Source of the DNA: a virus
Taxonomy: Duplodnaviria > Caudoviricetes
Strand: one strand, 5' to 3'
Length of the DNA stretch: 53,108 nt
Virus record (IMG/VR): IMGVR_UViG_3300031975_000697
Coordinates: 1 to 53,108 of that record
Shown: piece after piece, positions 47,239 to 53,108 of the stretch
Numbering within the stretch: the stretch's first letter is position 1
How the letters are laid out: each line of letters begins with the position of its first letter
Program-made: the position numbers and the translations under genes
Notes under the pieces: generated by a model
The model's input: the letters and a program-made list of their open reading frames with translations, nothing else
What the model was told of the DNA's origin: nothing
Database searches by the model: none

Positions 47239-48069
47239 TCAACCCACGGCGAACTCGCACGAGGCGTTCACGTCGCAGAAGTTGCATTTGTCCGGTTCCG
47301 GGTCCGGTGGGAACTCCTCGGCCTCCAGGTGCCTCTCCAGCTCCAGGAACTCAGCGGTCACCGCTTCCTCGGTCCACTCGGTGAGATCGTATGGGAAAGT
47401 GGGCTTTCCGGGCTTTCCCTTCTTCCCAGCCATGAAGTAGTCGCCCTTCTCGACCTTCACTCCGAACATGAGCCAGATGGCTAGGGCGTACACGCCGAGC
47501 TGGAAGTCGTCACCAGGGTCGTTGCCGGTCTTGTAGTCCCGGACTCGGACCTCCCACACTCCCGGTGATACCTCTACCTCGACGACGAGGTCGATGTAGC
47601 CCCGAACGGGTATGCCTCCCAAGTTGATCGAGAAGTAGAGCTCGATGGCCGGCGTGCCTTCGGGCGTGACCCACACGCGTTCGTTCGGGTGGTTGACCGC
47701 CCAGTTGATGAGCTTCTCGACCTGCTCCAGGCCGATCTCGTAGCGGCGCTCGGTGTCCTCGAAACCTCCGTAAGGCCCAGACTTGAACCAGAACTGCCAG
47801 TTCGGTGTCACCTTGCAGAATCCGTTGGTGTACTTCTGGAATGCTTCCCGGAAGATGTCTTGCGTCTCTTCCAGCGTGAGTTTCCTCGCGGACTTCTCCC
47901 AAGCCTCCAGCGCCTCGTGGACGGCACTCCCCTGCGGCAGCCACGCTGCCGGCCTCTTCCACACCTTGTCGATGCGGGACAACTTGTACTGATACGGGCA
48001 GCGGTTGTACTGGTTGATCTGGGAAACGCTGCGGTACTTAGGCTTTGAACCTGAACCGAACTCTGCCAT
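47239..48069 (-). CDS. Cas4/RecB-family PD-(D/E)XK exonuclease
   Basis: SVSQ...CP, GSAVH, RGYID, DYKTG, QLGVY, C-terminal CNFC....C. Confidence 0.9.
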   Translation of the reverse strand: MAEFGSGSKPKYRSVSQINQYNRCPYQYKLSRIDKVWKRPAAWLPQGSAVHEALEAWEKSARKLTLEETQDIFREAFQKYTNGFCKVTPNWQFWFKSGPYGGFEDTERRYEIGLEQVEKLINWAVNHPNERVWVTPEGTPAIELYFSINLGGIPVRGYIDLVVEVEVSPGVWEVRVRDYKTGNDPGDDFQLGVYALAIWLMFGVKVEKGDYFMAGKKGKPGKPTFPYDLTEWTEEAVTAEFLELERHLEAEEFPPDPEPDKCNFCDVNASCEFAVG

Positions 48070-48076
48070 GCCTCTC

Positions 48077-48361
48077 CTAGTTCGGGAGAGGCTGGCCCCC
48101 TCCCAGCTTGTAGATCAAACATTCGGCCATGCCAAACGACATGGAGATGTCTTGTACTGTCTCGATGTAATCCGGGCAGCGAAGGCCTACGAGAGCCCGC
48201 ACCGGTGCGTATAGCTCATCGGAATCTCTGACTAGAGGACTGCGGTACACCTGCAACAACGAGCCATGCTGCTCGTACACATACAGGAGGCTGTCGACCC
48301 CGAACAGCATTTTCCCTTGCAGCTCGACGACGGAGGGTTCGCACGCCAAGGCTTCGCCCAT
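48077..48361 (-). CDS. hypothetical protein
   Basis: 94 aa ORF between repressor and exonuclease. Confidence 0.55.
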   Translation of the reverse strand: MGEALACEPSVVELQGKMLFGVDSLLYVYEQHGSLLQVYRSPLVRDSDELYAPVRALVGLRCPDYIETVQDISMSFGMAECLIYKLGGGQPLPN

Positions 48362-48389
48362 TAATCACTCACTTATCTCTTCGCCTGGT

Positions 48390-48897
48390 TTACGGCTCTA
48401 CCGGAGGAAACCTCCAGTAAACCCGTCCCTCTGGAGTGAGGGTGGTGTGTTCGTTAACGCGAATGAGAAGGTCGCCGTCTGACTTACGACGCTTACGAAA
48501 AGCGAAGCCCCCCCTTGTTGGAAACCCCCTCGATGGGTGGAATATTGGGGTCGTATTCCACCACCAGATTCTCCTCCCGGAGCTTCTGGTAGAACGCTCG
48601 AAGCCTTCTGAGCTTGTCTTCCGACATGCCCACCCCACCAGTTGCGACGTACTCGCCGTGGTCGCGCATACGGCGGTAAGGAGACGACTGGCCCTGTTCC
48701 GCTGACACCTTCCAAGGAAAGTGCTTGTGCACCATCTGACGTGGCGTCATGCGTCCCCCGTAAGTGTGGATAATCCATGAAACGTACTGGCGCGTAACAC
48801 CGTACATGTCAGCGATCTCCGACTGGGAGAATCCTTTGCCTTTCAAGTCCTCGACGATGGCAAGGGTCAACTTCTTCGGCTTCGTGCTCATATTCAT
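48390..48897 (-). pseudogene. immunity repressor (L5 gp71-like), frameshifted in a G7 run
   Basis: HTH SQSEIADMYGVTRQYVSWI; frame stops at 48493, while the conserved C-terminus (DLLIRVNEHT.LT.EGR..WRFPPVEP) continues in another frame to 48390. Confidence 0.9.
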
Positions 48898-48939
48898 TTG
48901 TTCGAGATCCTCCGTTTCGGAGTGATTAGGGCGCGTCTT

Positions 48940-48970
48940 ATGTTAGACACGCCCGCCGTACAGTGTCAAA
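48940..48970 (-). promoter_or_regulatory. putative repressor promoter with degenerate operator over -35
   Basis: minus strand TTGACA-N18-TAACAT; top strand GTACAGTGTCAAA resembles operator. Confidence 0.65.
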
Positions 48971-49278
48971 GAAACCTCCACGTGGTTATGTGCCGAAACC
49001 TCTCCCTTGAGGTTAGCCGGCACCATCTACAGCTATCGGTTCAGAGCATCCGTGGCAACGTCCCAAAATCGGGACTACCTGCTCTGCCAAGGGAGACTCT
49101 ACTCACAACTCGTCTTTCGTCCAACCACCGAAATGGCACCCGCTGTCAGCTTCCCCCCGATTGCTGTAGACGCGCATAAGCAGTTAGCAACGCCTAGTGC
49201 TAGTTGCTGTGAACATCAGCGTTTATAGCTTGATGATTTTCTGTTATCTAGCTGTGACCCTACGATGCCGTAACCGAG

Positions 49279-49578
49279 TCAGCGCTCCTCGTGTATGACG
49301 TAGCCTCCGTCCCGCCACTCGGTGAAGAAGCCGATGCTGTAGAGCAACGTCTCTGCCTCACCCTCCAGCTCTTGGAAGTCGGACAGGACCGCACTCTCTG
49401 GGAATCCGGCCATACCTTCTGCCTCGCGGACCATGTCCCGTGTCAAGTAGATCTCGTCGGACGACCCGAACTTCTCGGCGATCTCCGCGACGTGACGTAG
49501 GTAGTCGTAGATCACCTCGGTCTGCGTCTGGAGGGAGTGACCTTCTCGAATCAGGAACGGGCCGGCTGCGAGTGTCAT
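49279..49578 (-). CDS. hypothetical protein
   Basis: MTLAAGPFLIREG..., 99 aa. Confidence 0.7.
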   Translation of the reverse strand: MTLAAGPFLIREGHSLQTQTEVIYDYLRHVAEIAEKFGSSDEIYLTRDMVREAEGMAGFPESAVLSDFQELEGEAETLLYSIGFFTEWRDGGYVIHEER

Positions 49579-49709
49579 GTCTTGGTTTTGCCTTTCATCT
49601 GATGTCCTGTGATGTCGCTGTGAAACTTCGTTGCGAGGGCCAGGGACTCCGGAGAGCTGGCCCGGTGCTTCCACGAGCACGCAGAGCATCGAGCCTTGTG
49701 GCTCAGCAC
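49575..49709 (-). CDS. small CxxC/H..H zinc-finger-like protein (44 aa)
   Basis: translated by hand: HKARCSACSW...FHSDITGH; ATGA overlap. Confidence 0.5.
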   Translation of the reverse strand: MLSHKARCSACSWKHRASSPESLALATKFHSDITGHQMKGKTKT

Positions 49710-50041
49710 CACCAACGCTTCCGGCAGAACCGGCTCTTGCCTTCGTCGTCGCGGAGGTCTCTCCTAGCCTCTGAGGTCTCCTTTCGCGGCTCCTCGGAAC
49801 GCTCCCGGACAGTTCCGTTCGATGCCTCGTTAGCGTCTGCCTCCGAGCAGTACATCGGCTTCTGTCCTTGGGAGAGCCAGTGGCGCCGATCCTCGGCAGC
49901 CGAGACATGCCTTCCGGTAGCGGCCTCCACACGCTCCAGGTGCAGCCGGCACCCTGGCGAGATGGCCGAAGCCTCCGGAGGGGAGGCCAGCAGCATGGCG
50001 CCGACCGACGCGATACCGGCGAGGAACAGGTTCAGCTTCAC
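49703..50041 (-). CDS. secreted/membrane-anchored hypothetical protein
   Basis: signal-peptide-like N-terminus; ends FCRKRWWC. Confidence 0.7.
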   Translation of the reverse strand: MKLNLFLAGIASVGAMLLASPPEASAISPGCRLHLERVEAATGRHVSAAEDRRHWLSQGQKPMYCSEADANEASNGTVRERSEEPRKETSEARRDLRDDEGKSRFCRKRWWC

Positions 50042-50042
50042 G

Positions 50043-50192
50043 TCATGCCTCTCTGATGTCTTGGGTGTCTTCCCACGTATTCGCCCGGTCGCTGGCCCAC
50101 TCCCACAGGACGCGAGTCAGCCCCGGTGCGTTGCGGATCACCACACCTCGGATTCCGTGCTTGTCAACGACTCTCGTGCCGGGCGGGTACAT
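50043..50192 (-). CDS. hypothetical protein (49 aa, SH3-like)
   Basis: translated by hand: MYPPGTRVVDKHGIRGVV... Confidence 0.55.
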   Translation of the reverse strand: MYPPGTRVVDKHGIRGVVIRNAPGLTRVLWEWASDRANTWEDTQDIREA

Positions 50193-50204
50193 ATCTCATG
50201 CCTT

Positions 50205-50396
50205 TCAGAGCGAAGCGCGGACGCGACGCACCTTGCTCTCGACGGTGTTGACGGCTTCCATCAGTTGGTCGTAATCGGTGACCAGGATGCCGCCGTGGTT
50301 CAGGATCTCTTCGAGCATCGCTGTCGCCCGCCGAATCTCCCCCATCGCTACGTCTAGATCGCCCTTGGCTTCGTTGACCTCAGTTGTGATGGTCAT
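50205..50396 (-). CDS. hypothetical protein
   Basis: 63 aa coupled ORF. Confidence 0.65.
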   Translation of the reverse strand: MTITTEVNEAKGDLDVAMGEIRRATAMLEEILNHGGILVTDYDQLMEAVNTVESKVRRVRASL

Positions 50397-50665
50397 GCCT
50401 CGTCACCGAACTTCCAGTCGGTATCTCGATCGTCTTCTCCGTCGTCGATGGGTTCCTCTTCGGTGATGGTCTCTCCCAGTTCGGAATCGAGCCATTCGCT
50501 GAATCCGACGCGGTAGGCGATCGGGTCGACAGCTTCGAGCACACGAGATGCCGGGTAACTGTCCATGAAGTCTCCGTAGACCTCGTCGAGCATGTCTTTG
50601 TAGCGCACGTCCAAGTCGCCATCCTCCAGCGGCTCGCCGGTCGCGATGTCCCAGTAATCGGCCAT
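50393..50665 (-). CDS. acidic hypothetical protein
   Basis: YKDMLDEVY..SRVL..VDPIAYR motif. Confidence 0.7.
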   Translation of the reverse strand: MADYWDIATGEPLEDGDLDVRYKDMLDEVYGDFMDSYPASRVLEAVDPIAYRVGFSEWLDSELGETITEEEPIDDGEDDRDTDWKFGDEA

Positions 50666-50677
50666 GTCTTGCCCCTC

Positions 50678-50896
50678 TCAGAACTCGGAGTATTCAGCGA
50701 TGAGCTCGCAGCGTCCGTCTACCGCGCTGCCGTTCGACTTCCACACCCTGACGACGTCTTTACCGTCTTCGTGGTCGATCCGGACGATCGCTCCGACGTT
50801 CCACCCGTTGGCGGTGACGATCAGGCCAGATACCTTGCTACCCAACCGTGATGCCTGTCCGCGGGTTCCTTCCACGGTGCCTCGGTACTGTGCCAT
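50678..50896 (-). CDS. hypothetical protein
   Basis: MAQYRGTVEG..ASRLG; GAGGA RBS. Confidence 0.7.
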   Translation of the reverse strand: MAQYRGTVEGTRGQASRLGSKVSGLIVTANGWNVGAIVRIDHEDGKDVVRVWKSNGSAVDGRCELIAEYSEF

Positions 50897-50908
50897 GACT
50901 TCCTCTCA

Positions 50909-50921
50909 GTTCGATGTCAAG
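50909..50921 (-). promoter_or_regulatory. repressor operator/stoperator
   Basis: top strand GTTCGATGTCAAG. Confidence 0.85.
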
Positions 50922-50943
50922 TAGTGCTGATGTCTTTGGTTGG

Positions 50944-51462
50944 CTAGAGCTCCCAGCCCGCTTCCCGGTAGGCGCGGTCTGCCTCGTACAGAAGCCTCAT
51001 GTACTCGGTCAGCTTGGCCTCTGCGTCTGTGTGACTGACCTCTTCGATCGAGAAGTACTCGGAGATCAAGTCTCCCATCGCGAAGTCGCCTCCGAGGATG
51101 CGAAGGGCGACCGAGACGTTGACCTCGTCCCACTCTTCGGGGCTGATGTAGCCATCCGGGACGTCGTCCAAGCCTTGCCACTCCCACCACTCGCCTCCCC
51201 CTCGGACGATGGCGCAGGCTGCCTCGTAGTCCTCGCGCATGAAGCCGGACACGATCGGACCTGGCTCATATTGATAGCTCGGGTCAACTCCGTATCCGAG
51301 TCCGTAGAGCAACTGGCAGACGTTGAACTCACGCATCACAACCCTTTCCAGGCTGTACTCCCCGGAGTCGGTGATCGAGTGATAGATCGGGAATGCTTCG
51401 TTGCCGAAGGTGTCTAGCGCTTCCTCGGCCTGCTCGATGCCTCGCGTGACGGTGTCTTGCAT
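50944..51462 (-). CDS. acidic hypothetical protein
   Basis: MQDTVTRGIEQ..., 172 aa; AAGGGA RBS. Confidence 0.7.
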   Translation of the reverse strand: MQDTVTRGIEQAEEALDTFGNEAFPIYHSITDSGEYSLERVVMREFNVCQLLYGLGYGVDPSYQYEPGPIVSGFMREDYEAACAIVRGGGEWWEWQGLDDVPDGYISPEEWDEVNVSVALRILGGDFAMGDLISEYFSIEEVSHTDAEAKLTEYMRLLYEADRAYREAGWEL

Positions 51463-51568
51463 GGGTATCCCTTCAGTGCAGGTGTTTTCGATGGCTTGGG
51501 TGGTGGCTTCCACGGATCTCGGCCCATCTTGCGGGCACGCCTCATGGCCACCATCGTCTCGGCATCCA

Positions 51569-51679
51569 TCAGAGCGGTATGACTCGGTAGCTCCGCTCCC
51601 CGGTCCTGGTGTCTTCAACCAAGACTCGGATAGCTCCCCCGGTCACGTGCTGTGTGATGACTCGGTGATGTCCGTACAT
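51569..51679 (-). CDS. small hypothetical protein (36 aa)
   Basis: GGAG RBS; MYGHHRVITQHVTGGAIRVLVEDTRTGERSYRVIPL. Confidence 0.5.
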   Translation of the reverse strand: MYGHHRVITQHVTGGAIRVLVEDTRTGERSYRVIPL

Positions 51680-51681
51680 TG

Positions 51682-51867
51682 TCAAGTCTCCTCGGCGCGA
51701 ATATTCATCGAAGGCCAAACGTCATGGATCTTGCCGTCGTAGTCCATACGGACGCCGTACCGAAACTTGCCTTGGAACTCGATGGAGTCGACGACTGTGC
51801 CGCTCATGTCTTCGTCGCAGAACGTAGCCGTGACGCGGGCACCTGCCGGGTACCTTGGGTGTCTCAT
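51682..51867 (-). CDS. hypothetical protein (SH3-like)
   Basis: MRHPRYPAGARV...; ATGA overlap. Confidence 0.65.
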   Translation of the reverse strand: MRHPRYPAGARVTATFCDEDMSGTVVDSIEFQGKFRYGVRMDYDGKIHDVWPSMNIRAEET

Positions 51868-52070
51868 CGGAGCAGATCCTCGATGTGTATGCAGCCGACC
51901 CAGTCGGGGCCGAACTGCGGCGCGTAGCCGAGCACCTCGTCTTCCTGGCACGGAAACTCTGCCTGGCTCATACCTCGGTCGTCGGCGCTCGCCACCCAAG
52001 CCGGCGTAGCGATGAAAGCCGGCGCGGCCATGATGAAAGCTCCTGCTGCGATGCGCTTAGCGATGTGCAT
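51864..52070 (-). CDS. small secreted protein, first leftward early gene
   Basis: signal peptide; FPCQEDEVLGYAPQFG...GCIH. Confidence 0.75.
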   Translation of the reverse strand: MHIAKRIAAGAFIMAAPAFIATPAWVASADDRGMSQAEFPCQEDEVLGYAPQFGPDWVGCIHIEDLLR

Positions 52071-52084
52071 GTGACGTCCCCTTC

Positions 52085-52097
52085 GTTCGGTGTCAAG
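52085..52097 (-). promoter_or_regulatory. repressor operator/stoperator
   Basis: top strand GTTCGGTGTCAAG. Confidence 0.85.
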
Positions 52098-52109
52098 TCT
52101 TGCTGCGTA

Positions 52110-52183
52110 CGTGGGTAGCCGAGAATCGAACTCGGTAGCTTGCGCCAGAGGCCGGCGATCGTTCCATCGCGCCATGCCTACCC
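52110..52183 (-). ncRNA. tRNA-like structured element
   Basis: minus strand GGGTAG...CCGAG-TTCGATT-CTCGG-CTACCC: T-arm stacked on a 6-bp acceptor-like stem; no canonical anticodon arm or CCA. Confidence 0.45.
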
Positions 52184-52512
52184 TGATGTCTTAGTCACGA
52201 CCGAGTTGCGTTCCCTTAGTGGCCTTCACGTGGTTTACCACCGTTCACCAAGCCTTGCCCGGTCACCGCGCACTGTCACCACGCGTTCACCCGTTCGGGG
52301 CTCGGATCGTCACACGAAGCCTCATGGCGGTGCCCGTCACCGCTCCGCTTCGGACCGTATCTTCGCTCGATCGCTGTATGTCGTAGCTAGCGCCTAGCCA
52401 GTCAGCGGGCCTTACCGCTGCCGAAGGGATTTGCACGCGGGTCTGTGGCCTTTGATGCTATCTCTGCCTGCCGCGATCTTGCCGCTACGTTGTTCTGTTG
52501 TCTGTGTTCTCC

Positions 52513-52542
52513 ACCCTACCCGAACTGTCGTTCGGTGTCAAG
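52513..52542 (-). promoter_or_regulatory. early leftward promoter-operator unit 4
   Basis: CTTGACACCGAAC operator containing -35; N17; TAGGGT. Confidence 0.75.
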
Positions 52543-52658
52543 TGGCGGATCTCTGTGAGCTGGTCGGTCTCCGCTGGCGTCAATTCGCGTATGCAGTGCC
52601 GGAGGCCGGTACCCCCGGAGTCGGTTCGTGCGACCCGCTCTGTTCTGTTGTGGTTCCC

Positions 52659-52688
52659 ACTCTAGCACGTTGGCCGTTCGTTGTCAAG
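52659..52688 (-). promoter_or_regulatory. early leftward promoter-operator unit 3
   Basis: TTGACA-N17-(TGC)TAGAGT with operator over -35. Confidence 0.8.
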
Positions 52689-52793
52689 CGTCTGCGTCGG
52701 TGAGTTCATCTGGCTCTGTGCTGCTCCAAACCCGCTGGCTCTTGGGTTCCCCGAACGCTGCTCTCGTTGGCCTCTGTGCTGTTGTGTGTCTCC

Positions 52794-52824
52794 ACACTAG
52801 CACGGTGCTCGGTTCGTTGTCAAG
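52794..52824 (-). promoter_or_regulatory. early leftward promoter-operator unit 2
   Basis: TTGACA-N18-(TGC)TAGTGT with operator over -35. Confidence 0.8.
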
Positions 52825-52919
52825 TCCCGATCTGAGATCCGGTCTGGACTGCCTCCGAGCTGGAGATCCGCTGTTGTGTTGTCGTGGTTCACGTTGTCCG
52901 TGCTGGCCCAACAACAACG

Positions 52920-52949
52920 ACACTACACGGCGCCCCGTTCGGTGTCAAG
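52920..52949 (-). promoter_or_regulatory. early leftward promoter-operator unit 1
   Basis: TTGACA-N17-TAGTGT with operator over -35. Confidence 0.8.
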
Positions 52950-52959
52950 CCCGGCTGCA

Positions 52960-53108
52960 CACTGCCCCCCCCCCTGTGCAGGTGGGTGGGCCTGCCGGCC
53001 CCCTCCCCCTGGCCCCTAGGTGGGGCGCCCCTCCCCCGCCTCCTGCCGTGCGGGCACCGGCCCGCCTGCCCCCTGCTGCCCTGCCCTCGCTCCGGGTGGG
53101 TGCGCTGC
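52960..53108. repeat. very GC-rich, C-run-rich terminal region
   Basis: C10 at 52965-52974 plus many C3-C5 runs. Confidence 0.6.

Noticed and set aside
47239-48069. Cas4-like gene as evidence of a CRISPR system
   Set aside because: Stand-alone Cas4/RecB-like nucleases are common in these phages; no other cas genes or array seen.
51581-51666. Three GACTCGG direct repeats as a regulatory element
   Set aside because: Explained by recurring Arg-Val (CGA GTC) codons in a plausible 36-aa ORF.
52110-52183. A second canonical tRNA gene
   Set aside because: Only a 6-bp acceptor, no standard D/anticodon arms and no CCA; kept as a tRNA-like element instead.
52490-52949. Right-end repeats as a CRISPR array
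   Set aside because: Repeats are 13-bp operators within promoters at 125-146 bp spacing, not CRISPR geometry.

Overview
The window looks like a complete or nearly complete ~53-kb genome of a temperate actinobacterial siphophage with L5/Bxb1-like (mycobacteriophage Cluster A-type) architecture. The rightward-transcribed left arm (~0.5-26.6 kb) carries HNH, small terminase, collagen- and glycine-rich tail-fibre-like genes, a PE-PPE-like hydrolase, tRNA-Trp, lysin A/B, large terminase, portal, capsid and tail genes. A large serine integrase with a candidate attP sits at the centre. The leftward-transcribed right arm carries dCMP deaminase, DNA polymerase I, class II ribonucleotide reductase, a metallophosphoesterase, a split primase, Endo VII, a PRTase, a DnaB-like ATPase, a Cas4/RecB-like nuclease, the immunity repressor and many small ORFs. 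At least 19 copies of an asymmetric 13-bp operator/stoperator (mRNA-strand CTTGACA-N-YGAAC) are all oriented with transcription. Most notable: (1) the repressor is frameshifted by one extra G in a G7 run; (2) an Acb2/Tad1-like putative cyclic-nucleotide sponge lies next to a SLOG domain fused in-frame to its neighbour, where ThyX is usually found; (3) four tandem promoter-operator units drive a long non-coding leader with repeated motifs and a tRNA-like element; (4) a leaderless integrase promoter overlaps the candidate attP; (5) a minor tail protein has nested (N1N2N3-C3C2C1) repeats; (6) pseudoknot-like elements lie upstream of the scaffold and tail-chaperone genes. All family calls come from recognising motifs by eye; no searches were run.
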